A stretch of DNA of 62,521 nucleotides, the filler included, from Pirum gemmata (Eukaryota), in NCBI GenBank assembly GCA_002812295.1. It is 13 parts of 13 records of this genome, joined end to end, with 100 filler letters (N's around TTAATTAATTAA, not from the genome) between each part and the next. Parts side by side here need not be neighbours in the genome. Positions count along the whole stretch, not along the records: positions 1 to 4,718 come from PDIN01000931.1; positions 4,819 to 9,544 come from PDIN01000932.1; positions 9,645 to 14,384 come from PDIN01000933.1; 10 more parts are not named here. One strand, written 5' to 3'. A program made the translations under genes and the position numbers. The notes beneath the pieces are model-generated. The model did no database searches and was not told the DNA's origin. It saw only the letters and a program-made list of their open reading frames with translations. This document shows, piece after piece, positions 1 to 12,415 of the stretch. Every line of letters begins with the position of its first letter. Within the stretch, counting starts at the first letter, position 1.

Positions 1-1503
1 TTCCAACTTGATATTTCCCATATTTTAAGAAAGTATCATTATCTCTGGGTTTTTGTTGTAAATGTCCCACAAGTCTAGCTAGCAGTAGTCGAAACGGAAC
101 ATTTAGGGTTAGGCATATTCCTCTTCTCTGAGTTCTTTCCCTCTCTAGCTGCTACTAGCTAGCTAGCTAGCTAGCTAGTAGTAGAGAGTCCCTACTATCA
201 ATAGATAGCATAGTCTCTAGTAGGCAGTATCATAGCTAGCTAGCCAGAGCTACTAGCTAGCTAGCTAGCTAATATTACTATAACTAGCTATCATAGCTAG
301 CTAGAGGCTAAATATTAGCCGCCGTAGTATGTCCTATGCATACTAGCTAGCTAGCTAGTAGGTCTATTTTAGATACAATGGTATGATACTAAGTAGAGAC
401 AGTAAGAGACTACCAGATAGACAGCAAGCAGGCAGGTAGTATGATTTCAGAGTGTACCCTATCATATCATAACAGTATCATAACCCTAACCCTACTATCA
501 ATTATTATTATTGCTCTACTATGATAATATTATGATATCCACTCTCGATAGCTACTAGCTAGCTATCAATACTAGCTATGACATAATAGACTATGATAAC
601 ATGATAGCACTAGCTAGCTAGTCTACTCTAGCTACTATAGGAGCTACTAAGCATTATATGATATAGCTTTCTGGCTAGCTAGACTAGCTAGATAGCTACC
701 TATAGCTACTATCATAATAATATTATAATTATTATATATCTAGAATATCATAATATAATTATTATTATAATAATATGATAATGATTACTAACTGATACTA
801 CTAGCTAGCTAGTTACAGACTTACAGTAGCCAATCCTTTGTGGCTAGGAAAGTCTCTTACTATATATAGATATTTTTTTCTTATTTTTTGGAAAATGATA
901 ATTGCCTGCTTTTTAAAAATTGCGTCACGTTACCTCTCATTTGAACATTCCTTTTTTAATTTCCCTGCTTTCAAGCCTGCAGAGATTTGTTGGTATCCCT
1001 GTTCTCAACCGGTAATAAATTAAGTTTAATTTAGATCCGTAGTCTTATTAGTAAAATCTGTGCACACACACCGGGAAGATCGGGATCAAATGAGAGTCGA
1101 AAAACGTGTTGGCAGTTTGAAACAATATAAAAAAATTTTTAATTATTTTTAATTAATAAAAAAAGCAGATATAGTCTAGCTCAGCTAGTCAGTATATTAT
1201 TAGTATCATATTATATTATTGTAGATAATAGATTTATTATGATATATCGCACCAAATTTTGAAATTATTTTTAGGACTTTTAATTTGAATTATGTAATTT
1301 AACGATGATTTTGAAAAAAATCCTTTTGAAACAAAAAAAAAAAAAAAAAGTTAGAAGTGCCGGTGCCAACCATGTGAGTGGTATCAGATAGCTGCAAGTA
1401 GCTACTACTAACTAGCTAGACCTAGCTAGCTAGCTAGCTCTAGCTAGGAGTAGTATGATAGCTACTACTATGATAGAGTATCATGATTCATGATATCGAT
1501 ATG

Positions 1504-2012
1504 TTTATTAACAACACAAACAATAAATTATTACCAACATGGATAATCCACACAATAGAAACCTTACAAAACATGATCACAATACAAATTAATAAAACGA
1601 CACAGAACGATTATTAAAACTAGCATATTAATACAACCATCAACATAACAACAACAATAAATTTAACTACGAATTTTACGATATAAAACAAAATATCTTC
1701 ATTAACCCATTAATTAATATACAACAACAATATAAAAATATATGTAAAAAAGAAACAACAAAATCAATAATCGAAATTTAAATATGCTCAAAGTCCAAAC
1801 CATATACATTAATAATATGCTATTAATATATATAATTATATATATACCTCCATGGAATTTACAAATGATTATAACAAACAGTATTAATACTAGTACTAGT
1901 ATATATTAATACAAATCACATAGAAAAGAAATCCTCAAAACAAAAACATTTAATGATAACAACGTTAACCTAAACAACCTTCGAATATAGAACAAAATGA
2001 ATGGGAAGAGAT
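1504..2012 (+). repeat. Dispersed ~500-bp repeat with decayed coding appearance; second copy at ~35995-36473
   Basis: Colinear shared blocks such as TACAAAACATGATC, ACACAGAACGATTATT, TATGTAAAAAAGAAACAACAAAA and AGAACAAAATGAATGGGAAGAGAT occur in both contigs. Broken frames read TERLLKLAY...FYDIKQNI...ICKKETTK. Confidence 0.8.
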
Positions 2013-2179
2013 AATTAAAAATAGGAGAATCAATACAAAAAAACTACCAAAAATATTAAATATAATAATTATGAAATAGTTAAGATTATGCATACACATG
2101 GCTATGGTTGTATTGGAAAATGGATTATGTATAAACAATCAATGAAATTACATGATTATCGTATACAAAAATTTTTATT

Positions 2180-2425
2180 TCACCATGAATACAACGGGTT
2201 ACAACCAGTTATCCAACGAACGACGACGTAAATAAAAAACAGAGGGGTAAATAAAATGGCTATGATCCATAAAAATATTAATAAACCAATATTTAAGTTT
2301 TTTGTACAATTAATCATATGAAAAATATTAGTAATTAACATAAAAAGACCAATTAAAGACAAAATTGGACTTAATATTAAAGTTGTTGTTGTTACAATAT
2401 TACTATTTTGCTTAAAAGTATTCAT
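2180..2425 (-). CDS. Small intronless two-transmembrane protein (81 aa)
   Basis: Intact ATG-to-stop ORF with two hydrophobic stretches separated by ...HMINCTKN.... Start context is AAAAATAAAAATG. Confidence 0.5.
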   Translation of the reverse strand: MNTFKQNSNIVTTTTLILSPILSLIGLFMLITNIFHMINCTKNLNIGLLIFLWIIAILFTPLFFIYVVVRWITGCNPLYSW

Positions 2426-2544
2426 TTTTATTTTTAAAATAAAATAAAATATAATAAAATAAAATAAACTTATCTTCTATTTCTACTTCTTTTAGATTGT
2501 TTACATTTTTGATCATTATTATTCATTCCCGATGTTATATGATC

Positions 2545-2619
2545 TTGGGTAATAGGGTAATTCAAAAGAATTTCAGAATGATTACGAATGTCACGTATGG
2601 CTCTCAAAGCAAATATTGG
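2545..2619 (-). pseudogene. SET-domain C-terminal motif fragment
   Basis: Reverse strand translates PIFALRAIRDIRNHSEILLNYP, matching the SET A-x-R-D-I-x-x-G-E-E-L-x-x-(D/N)-Y motif. The upstream part is disrupted. Confidence 0.5.
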
Positions 2620-2759
2620 GTTTAATATAATATACTAACTCAAAGAAAACCAAAAAGACAGTGAACGTCGAAAATCCAACCTTTTCAATGTCAATATATT
2701 CCACCAAAAGCCAAACTAGCTAGACATCTTTAATATATTTAATTTAGACATAGCAAACT

Positions 2760-3260
2760 AGAATGGCTAATTATAATTTATAACCTATAGGTCTACATCA
2801 AAAAAATATTACATATAAACCCGAATATACACGGTAACTCCAACAATATCCACAACAACGACTACAATATTAATACTATAATACTAGCTAAGAGCAAAAA
2901 TTAATAACAAATATTTCTACAACAAATTTAAAAGAACAATACAATTACTCATTATAGACTAGTACTACCTTATCAAAAAATATCACATATATATAAACTC
3001 GAATATACATGACAACTCCAACAATATAAAACTATAATAATACAACACTATATAATACTAGTTAGGAACAAAATTTAATAAAAAATATTTCTACACCAAA
3101 AGAACAAAACATGTATTTTAATGCAATTACTCATTATAGACTATATATTAAAATGGTCTCATTATGAAAAGTACAGCAAATCAAAACCAACTGGTAATCA
3201 AATCATTAATTTATACCAAAGTATTATGAAACAAATCAACAAATTGCAACTTTAACTAAT
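2760..3260 (+). repeat. Dispersed, locally duplicated repeat family; other copies ~24320-24670 (+) and ~28290-28530 (-)
   Basis: Shared blocks CAAAAAAATATTACATATAAA, AATATTTCTACAACAAA and AATCATTAA..TATACCAAAGTATTATGAAACAA. Confidence 0.75.
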
Positions 3261-4718
3261 TTAACTATTTGTAGTATTTAACTTTCTTTATTTGGTATTT
3301 ATCACGTTAACTTTTAATAATGATATAATCATAATAATAAAGAATAATAGTGAAAATAAAACAATAATTAATATTATTTTTTTTTTCGATAATAATAATA
3401 AAATAAATACTAGTACTAATACCACGTATACTACTAGTAATAATAATATAAATATAGTATATATAATAATAACAATAATAATAATATAATATTATAATAT
3501 ATATAATTAACAATAAATAAATTACATAAGCTAGTACTTATAAAAAATTAACTGACCACATTCATAGTTTTAATTTTTAGACGATTTAATGAAACTAACA
3601 TCATTTTTTGATTTTAGGACGAATTGCTAGTAAAATTACAAAATTTAATATCCGAAAAACACCACCATACCATCACTTCAGTGTTAATGTAAATGTGACT
3701 ACGATACTGTATTCAACCCTAACCCTAACCCTAACCCTAACTGTTCTTATGTTAAACAAGGTCTTTAATCGATAAAGACTCCAGGACAGACCTAAATTTT
3801 ATAATATTCAAGGCTCTCAAGGTGGAAGTGTGGGAAAATAAGTAAATTAGGATTGAAATAATTTGAATAATTTGACTAATTCACCCTTTTCATTATATAT
3901 ATATATATATATTACGTATCTATTATCAGGTAAATGTTCTTTTAAATCATCATGGTGGAAAAGTAGAAACATAAGTAAATTAGAATTTGACATAGAGACT
4001 ACAGATGACGTCGAACTAACATACATGTATTTTTGAACCTGGTCTTGCCTACAGAAAAGTTTAGTTTGTTTTTTTATTGTTTTTATTCCCACTAGCCTAT
4101 TACTTTAACCCATTATTTTTTAATAAAATTTTACTTTTTTTAATTACTGGGAATAGGTCACTAATAAATCTTTATTTGGCCCCACTTTTCTCTATTTTCA
4201 TACCTCTACCGAGGTTAATTGTACATATATGGACCTAGACGTAGGCTTTTAGCCAATCATATATATATATATATGTGTGTGTGTGTATGTGTATTACCCA
4301 AGGGCCGAAAGACCCACATCTGGTTCCATATATTTAATTTTAGTGGGACGTCATCCGTGCTAGCCCTATACTTTGATCACTATGTATCTATTATTTTGTA
4401 AATGCTCTTTTAAATAATCGTGGAAAAGTAGGAAAATAGGTACATTAGTATTTGAATACTCAACCCTTTTCATTATACTTTTCTTTCGTGTATCTATCAT
4501 CTTGTAAATGTTCTTTTAATTGATCGGGATGCCACTCTATAATACAAACATAATATAAAGATATAAATCAATAATACCACTCTTATAAATATAAATCAAT
4601 AACAACATTTATTATAAGAGTTATTGTAAAAAGAAAAAGAAAAAGAAAAAACTAATATTTGACAATTGAAAACATCATCTGCAATACTTATACAATAATA
4701 ATAATAATAATAATACTA

Positions 4719-4818
4719 NNNNNNNNNNNNNNNNNNNNNNNNNNNNNNNNNNNNNNNNNNNNTTAATTAATTAANNNNNNNNNNNNNNNNNNNNNNNNNN
4801 NNNNNNNNNNNNNNNNNN
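4719..4818. other. Artificial contig spacer (first of 12)
   Basis: 44 N + TTAATTAATTAA (stops in all six frames) + 44 N. Identical spacers at 9545-9644, 14385-14484, 19200-19299, 23999-24098, 28924-29023, 33749-33848, 38579-38678, 43358-43457, 48148-48247, 52927-53026, 57718-57817. Contigs between them are all ~4.7-4.8 kb. Confidence 0.98.
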
Positions 4819-5199
4819 AAGGTGATGAAACCGGTCCGTAATTCATTATTAAAAAACATTCATATTGATACCAGTAGTACCAATAGTAATATTATAGTAA
4901 TGGTAGCATTAGTGGATATCAAGATCTTAATTAATGATAATACGCCCAGGAGACTGCCCAGGTGTGTCAGATCGGATACAAAAGGAGCGCTGTTTCTTAT
5001 CGACAATTTTTTTTTTCACTTTTTTTTAGCTACATGTATACAGATGATACAAAGTGAGCAAATAGCACAAAGAAAAATTCTACTGTTCAAAAAATAAAAA
5101 TATATAATAATATTTTGTAAGATTAGGTTTAAAATTTTTATTTTTGTTTTTCATTATATCAAAACTTAATTAAAAAAGAAGTTAGGGTTTTATGTCCTT

Positions 5200-6110
5200 G
5201 CTGGGTTATTTGACCCAGAAGATACTTGGTTTACAAAAAAAGTACTTTGTGATTTCATCAAGTTGAAGAGGTCGACACAGAACATAGCTACACCCGCGGC
5301 CGTACAAGCAGGCTTTCATCGAAAAAAAAGAAAAGAATAACTCAAGAGGAAAAAAATGACAAAATTGCTGGTTCCAGGGAAGAAGAAGAACCTTTAGAAT
5401 GTGCTAAAGACATGGACCATGGTTTTGCGACCAATTTTTTACGTGATATTAATTATAATAGCGATTATATGAGTAGTACAGGAAGTTGTCGATTCTCAAG
5501 GTGAAACTGGTAGTAGTGACAGCGAGAATAATAAGGAGTGGGATCCCCGGAGGAAACAGAATATTTAATTTCTAATGAAGCCTTTGAAGATCCTAGAGAA
5601 GTAAGTGATAGACAGCCAAAGTTAAACCTTCGTTCGTACAATTTTTTAAAAAAAGAAATCGATTTCTTTAGGCATTTCTTAAATTGTTACTTGCGTTTAC
5701 GATAGTAATTGGAAACTTTTAACTGAATTAATCAGAGTTTTATATATAGATAAATAGGGCTTTGATGCTATATAATTATAATAATATTAGTTGTCAACAC
5801 TAGTGGTGACCGACGAAATTTAAAGTATCGGAGTAAGAATGATGATAGCCATCCTTTAAATTTTAACCTTGACTTTGGAAAATATATGTCTTTTCACCAC
5901 CCACGAAGCTTGGTATAAGTACTTTAGTGGATTCCCTAGTACTGGCCATGGTATATCTGAAACTAATGCTTATTTCGCTTACACCTAGGCCTTTTTCAAC
6001 AGATATTAATATCCAAAGAAATCTAAAATGACTCATCGTCAGTTTAAATTTAGATTAAATTTTTAAAAACTTAGCTCAACAACTTGTGAATAGTGGTCTT
6101 GGTGTTTATG
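5200..6110 (+). mobile_element. Decayed piggyBac-family transposase, catalytic core deleted
   Basis: Broken frames give PKLNLRSYNFLKKEIDFFRHFL, DFGKYMSF, GISETNAYFAY, MTHRQFKFRL and LAQQLVN. These match N- and C-terminal motifs of protist piggyBac (DDE_Tnp_1_7) transposases. Confidence 0.7.
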
Positions 6111-7117
6111 CTGAAGCTGAAGAAGCCAGCATAGAATAGGTTCGTGTGACCTTAACCCTCTAACCCTAACCCTAACTAACCCTGACCGAGTCTACTAGCT
6201 ACTAGCTAAAGAGCCACTAGCTATATAATAATGATTATGTCATAAAATCATAATAATATATAATATTATTATGATATAGAGTCTATAATTATACTATAAT
6301 TATTATTATTTATATTATTGTAATAATATTATAATATTAGACTACTTATCATTAAATTTATTTTGTCACTGAATATTTATTTGGAGGGTTATAATATTTA
6401 AATGGACATTTTAAAGTAAATAATTAGCTAATAAAAGACACCAAATTAAATTGAATGGTTCATATTGTATTAATTTGGTACTATTTATTGCATAATATTA
6501 TTTTTTGAAACAAAAAAACTGAGAAGCACCGCAGCATCTAGCTAGCTAGCTTGCTAGCTATCGATAGGCTATCGATAGCTACTAGCTAGCTAGCTAGCTA
6601 TAGTATGACCATAGTACTAGCTAGTTAGCTAGTCTAGTCTAGCTAGTAGTGCCTACAAGCGCAGAGAAAAGGACGGCGCCGCCTGCAGGATTGGACGGCG
6701 CCTTCCATCACCCCCCTTTTTTTTTGTGACATCGAACATATTATAAAGTTAGACTATTTTTTTTTTTTTTTTTAGTTCGAGCCTCCTTTTTTTTATGTTT
6801 TTTTTAATCGTTTTTTACGTTTTTGATAAGAAAATATTGGTGTACATCAAAAATAAATATCATTTTCGAACTCAGCGACATGAAAAAACTATAGTTTGTT
6901 ATTACAACTTTGTTACTGTAGTCAATATTTTTATATTGTTTCATTATTATTATTATTGTTATTATTGTTGTTTATGTTGTTATTAATGTTTATTAATCCA
7001 TTTTGTAGTGTGGAATCGTATATGTGCTCTAAAACATTGTTCATTTTGTTTTGCACTACATTATGTATTGATTACATAAGCTACAAACATTAGTACTTTT
7101 CTTTAGCTTACATACAA

Positions 7118-7453
7118 TCAACAACACCCAACAGCTGACCATCTAATTGTACTAATATCAATGTCCTCAGAATCATTGAGTTCACTATGATCACGTTGCT
7201 TACTAACTGTCAAACAGCGTCGTAGTTCTTCAAATCTTCTAACTGCCATGAATCTTGAAAACTGTGGTGGTGGCAATAAGTCATCATCATCTTGAACTTC
7301 CTTCCAAAGATCTCTACGGTTAGCGTATTCTACAAATGTCATTAGTAAAACTATTCCAAACCATTTCAATACCTCTCCACCTGTCTTTTCTCTAAAATTA
7401 TGGCACTTTAACTTTGTGCTTGTTAAATCAACTATAGTTGGTAAATAAGACAC
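7118..7453 (-). mobile_element. piggyBac-family transposase fragment
   Basis: GEVLKWFGIVLLM...RRDLW...LLPPPQFSRFMAVRRFEELRRCL is the characteristic N-terminal DDE_Tnp_1_7 segment. Truncated on both sides. Confidence 0.8.
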
Positions 7454-8211
7454 AGGAACTGAAATAAACGCACCAAATTATTATTATATCAGACATATTT
7501 TGATTAATTTTGGTATTTTGTACGTAATGTTTTAAGATTGAGAGGTCAACTGTATTGAAATAGACGAAATGTGTACATAGACTACATTTTATAGTTTCTG
7601 AAGTAGTCTGATTTAATGAATTGTAATTAAACTTACCCAGTCTAATTAGCTCGGGTCAATAACCCAAAAAAAGCGATAACGTTCCCTTTTCAGGTCTGTC
7701 CAGATAGTACGTGATGCGTTTCTGTCAGTACGCTTAGCTAGAGACTACTGGTAAAGATGCACGAGTAAAGAACTAAACCAGCTACTAAACCCTAAAACTA
7801 AACCAACAATGTCATCATATTAATTTAACGATTTTGTGTGCTGGTTTATATTTGTATTAATAAATTCTATTTTTATAAAAAGCATCTTTAGTATAAAGTT
7901 TGGATTATTTTGGAGCTGTATAAGAGTCATCAGATAAAAGTATCAAAATCATTATTATTGTCATTGTTACAATATAATGACCCCTTTATTTATTTTTATT
8001 ATATTATTATTGGTCAACGTAGATGACGTCACTATAATTCATGTTTGTCTGGGTGTGCCACTTGAGTCTGATTAGTGGTGATAAGGTGTTGAAAGTAAGG
8101 AAAAGTAAAATTTTAATAATATTATGAAGTTTATTATGTGCCAATATACCGTAGTAGAAAATATTGGAAAGTGAGAGACTTATCTTCTATTTTTATTTCG
8201 AGGATAGTATC

Positions 8212-8382
8212 GTGCCTTTCATTTATTTTGTCAATCCGAATATTTATTTGGAGGGTTATAATCTTTAAATTGACATTTTTTAAATCAATACATAGATAAT
8301 AAAATTTTTCAAATTAAATTAAATGGATTCATATTGTATTAATTTATAACTATTTTATGATGACAAAACAACTGAAAAGCAC
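8212..8382 (-). mobile_element. MITE family A copy (~170-185 bp, ~22-bp imperfect TIR GTGCTTTTCA(G/T)TT(G/A)TTTTGTCA)
   Basis: TIR pair at both ends. Other full or partial copies at about 6350-6529, 19300-19392, 19600-19762, 21378-21558, 21775-21913, 22005-22177, 23411-23580, 25008-25172, 29209-29389, 30427-30585, 35098-35149, 41085-41200, 49370-49486, 50188-50367, 51230-51381, 51508-51696, 52682-52712, 56612-56766. Confidence 0.9.
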
Positions 8383-9205
8383 TATACTATAATATGCTTA
8401 ATAATAATAATATTACCATATCATTTATAACCATAACCACAGCCGAATAAGCATACAAGCGTAGAAGCACACACCCAGAAGGTACTTTTGAGGATGGTTA
8501 CAATAATAATAAAAAATAAAATAAATAAATGATCATAATATCATAATGTCTTTTAGATTTATTTTCAAGTGGACCTATTAGTCACCTATAGCTATAACGT
8601 TTAAAATAGTTTTTTAAATCAAAAATTATTATAAATTGAATAATTTTCACTTGTAAACAATCCATTAATTGAAAAAAAATCCGAGACGAGACGAATGTAT
8701 GTGTGCACCTTATTTTTTAAAGTTGCTTCTATATATTATAGTCATTTCATTTTTCTTTACATCGAAAACTACAACTAACTGTAATCCAACTATTTGAAAA
8801 AAAATGACTTATTGGACGTAAATAAAATGGCAAGGTCTACAATTGCCATTAAATCAAGCAATTATGGAAGCGTGAAGAGCTACCAAGAAAATGATTGGAC
8901 AAGGGATTTGTTTAACGTATAACAACACGTATTTAGAAACAGCTCCAAAACAATACGGAATCAAACCGACGGGCTGTTCCCCCCTCCTTTTTTTCTTTGC
9001 AAGAAGTTCCAGAACATAAAAGCTGAACGCTGGACATATATTTTAATTAAGTGAACCAAAAAGTGATATACAGTGATATTTAGGTCCGGTATGTCGTATT
9101 TTCACATATATTTAAGAGCCTGGACCCTAGCTAGCATTTATAAATCACCTGGTATATAAGGAATAAAAAAATACTTTTGATTTGATAAGCATCGCCTTAT
9201 TTTTA

Positions 9206-9374
9206 TTATCCTCGATAATCACTTTTTATTCCCAAAAATTCTTTTACTTCAGGCCAATTCAAATTTTGCTCACTGGCCAGTATATCCTCAAACATCAATT
9301 CAAATTTGGTTCTTCTTTGTTCGAGAACCCATGGTTGAAATCTTTCAGTTATTTTTTTGCCAGGAAATGGTTGC
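9206..9374 (-). CDS. Last exon of a PX (phox homology) domain protein; missed by the ORF track
   Basis: After acceptor TTTTAAAG it reads QPFPGKKITERFQPWVLEQRRTKFELMFEDILASEQNLNWPEVKEFLGIKSDYRG*. This matches the PX C-terminal signature PxxPxK...F...(I/L)E(E/Q)RR..(L/F)E...V..FL. Confidence 0.8.
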
Positions 9375-9755
9375 CTTTAAAATAATAATAATAATAATAA
9401 TAATAATTACTTTACTATATAATGATAGTAATAAAAATCATGATCATAAATATAAATTATAATAAAAATAATAAATAATAGTAATAGTAATAGCAATAAT
9501 GATTAATAGTAACAATAACAACAACAACATAACAATAACAATAANNNNNNNNNNNNNNNNNNNNNNNNNNNNNNNNNNNNNNNNNNNNTTAATTAATTAA
9601 NNNNNNNNNNNNNNNNNNNNNNNNNNNNNNNNNNNNNNNNNNNNAAATTAAAAATATCAATAAGAAATTTCTCACGAAATTCCTTATATAGTTCACAGCT
9701 AATTAAAAAATGACAATGATAATAATAATAATAATAATAATAATAATATTCATAC

Positions 9756-10776
9756 CATTGTTTTACAAGTTGGACAGGTTTCATATTCAATAACAATCCT
9801 GGAAGACTGTCTAGTTCTTTTACTATATGAGCTAAGCGTACACAGAGCTCTGTTTGAACAAAGTTCGTAGACTTTATCGCCAATTCTGGGGAAAGATTTT
9901 TACCTAAAAAGTACATAGTTTGGAATTAAAGTTCAATTTCAAAAAATAATATTTCTTTTAATAAAATGTTATCATTACTATTGTAACTATTTAAATGTTA
10001 GTTTTATCATCAAGTATTAGAAACAAAAATAAAGTTGTATCGTAACCCTTATCATAACCCTAACCCTAACCCTAGCCTTAACACTAACACCAACACTAAC
10101 TCTAACCCGAGCTCTAACTCTAACCTTAACCTTAACCTTAACCATAACCTTAACCTTAACCTTAACCTTAACCTTAACCTTAACCTTAACCTTAACCTTA
10201 ACCTTTACCTTTACCTTTACCTTAACCTTAACCTTAACTTTAACCTTAACCTAAACCTAAACCTAAACCTTAACTTTAACCTTAATCTTATCTCTAAACC
10301 TAACCCTATTCCTAACCCTTACCCTTTCCCTAACCCTAACCCTAACCCTAACCCTAACCCTAACTCTATTTACTCTTATAAATCACCACCACCATTTACT
10401 AATCAAACCTTGACTTAATAAAGCCAAACTATAAAGTATTTTTAGAAAGTAAAAGATAAAAGCAAAACAAATAATGTACAATACCGAAATCAGTTAGCTG
10501 CTGTAGTGAAACTGACCTCAAATGATAACCTGCATAAAGATTCAAAGCCTTTTCCACTCCACTTTTATCAAGAGTGGAGTACTGTTTGTTCAAAAAATTC
10601 TTATGATGTGAAATAGGGTTATGAAAAGTTGAATATAGTTGTAAACCAAGTGAATCAGATTTAATCAATTCTTTTTTATTTTCGATGAATTTAGGTGTGT
10701 AAGTTGTTTTTGTCCTTCGGCAGTACCAAAAAAGCCGCGGTAGCTGTTTTTGTTGTTGTCTTATAGAGGACAGCAT
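9756..10776 (-). CDS. PDK: Mitochondrial pyruvate dehydrogenase kinase / BCKDK family, exons 1-2 (10776-10485, 9903-9756); rest lies off the contig
   Basis: Arg/Ser-rich transit-like N-terminus, then VSLQQLTDFG|KNLSPELAIKSTNFVQTELCVRLAHIVKELDSLP...VQLVKQW (BCDHK_Adom3 motifs). In-frame GT-AG intron 10484-9904; next donor GTATGA at 9755. Confidence 0.9.
10043..10364 (+). repeat. Telomere-like hexamer array (CCCTAA drifting to CCTTAA/CCTTTA) inside PDK intron 1
   Basis: About 50 hexamers, with canonical units at both edges and variant units in the middle. Confidence 0.9.
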
Positions 10777-12415
10777 GTTTAACTATGGGATGGCGGTGGT
10801 ATTAGTCGTAGTAGTACTAGTAATAGTAATAGTAGTAGTAGTTATAGTGGTCGTGGTTATAGTAGTGGTGGTTATAGTAGTAGTAGCTATAGTAGTAGTA
10901 GCTATAGTAGTAGTATGGTTGGTGGTGGTGATAATTAATGGGGGTGGACGTTGGGATTTTGAATATCTATTGTAGTATTAGTAGCAACAGTAAATAACAA
11001 CAGTTATAGTAGTAGCAAGTAAGGTAGCGGTTGGTGAAATTTCAAATATGTACTGTTGTGTATTTTTTAGTGTTATGTTGAAAATTTGTTATTTAAATTG
11101 GATAAGTTTAATATTATATAAATATATTTATATAATAGTTTAATATTATATTATGTTATGGTTGTGTGTGTGTGTGTGATGTATGCGTGATATATATATA
11201 TATATCGCCTTCTGAGGATCCTACAGGTAGTTGAAATGGATTTAGACTCGGTTTCGGGTGCATATATATAATATATTATGTAACCCTTTTCACAATTCTA
11301 ATAATATTATTCTGTTTTTATGATTTTATCGATTTTTATCATTTTTTTTCTTTTTATTATTTTTTTTCTTTATTTTCTCTATCATAATATCATACAAAAA
11401 AAAGTTTGTATATACAGAAAAAAAAAAATAATAATATTTTTTATGAAAATTGGCAAGGAGAGGTGAGATATTGTGTTGAACTTTTCTAACCGACTCTTCG
11501 AGAAAGTAAATTAACTATATTTGTTTGTTTACGAACAATTTTATTAAAAGTAAATCGAATTAAGTAAATGACGTCATTTTATACCCTATTATGGATTTTA
11601 TCTGTTATTAAATTTTTGTCATCATCTATCAGATAGCTAGCTAGCTAGACTCTAGCTAGCAAGCACTATCAATATCATATCCGATAGACTATCTATAACT
11701 TTTAGGCGTTCAAAGTTATCATGAAAGTGATTATCATAATTATCATAAGTACAGTAAAAAACAACAATTTCCGTTAAATAGGTCAGTTTACTTAATTTAA
11801 TTTTTGGTGTAGAGTGACCGACCAGGTCACAGAGACACCAGCGTCATCTTCTTTGATGAGCAAATATATAATAATAAAAAAAAAACAAAAAAAACAAAAA
11901 AAAAATTATGATAGTACTAAGTTTAATATAGGATAATAATAGCACACACCTTTCTAGAACGATTTTGTCAATTCCTTTTGTACATCGTGATCCCAAAGAA
12001 ATCTGTTTTTATCTATTTCTGTTTTTATCTATTGGTGATAAGCTGTTGTATCGTTTATATAATTTGTTTACCAAACCTTATTTTTGGTCATGTTTATTTT
12101 CTCCTTTATCTAGGCTACAGTGTTATGAATCATTCTTAACAACCATTTTTTGCAGATGCTGGTCTTTCAATATTCTAGAACAATATCTTTGGACTTCTGT
12201 AGTTTTTCAACTTCCTGTTTTAATCTTTAATCAGGAAATTTAGTGTTCCACCACATATTTGATGATTCAGACGCCTCTGATTCAGAACTTTCTTTGCAAT
12301 AGGTAGCGAGCTCAGGTAACGTCTATATTTTTTTTGAATGAACATTTTTATGTGGACAACCTTTATTTTTTTTGTTTATATATATATTAGGTTTTTTTTT
12401 TTAAAATTAATAATT

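Noticed and set aside
4763..4774. Recurrent TTAATTAATTAA motif every ~4.8 kb
   Set aside because: Artificial six-frame-stop linker inside N spacers. ORFs running into X residues are artefacts.
9206..9903. Reading the 9374-9206 exon as a continuation of the PDK gene
   Set aside because: A contig spacer lies between them and the exon is PX-like, not PDK-like.
11950..12330. Coding-like minus-strand stretch (also ~890-1110, ~8650-9050, ~16160-16760)
   Set aside because: Multiple stops and frameshifts with no motif I can assign; possibly old pseudogenes but unsupported.
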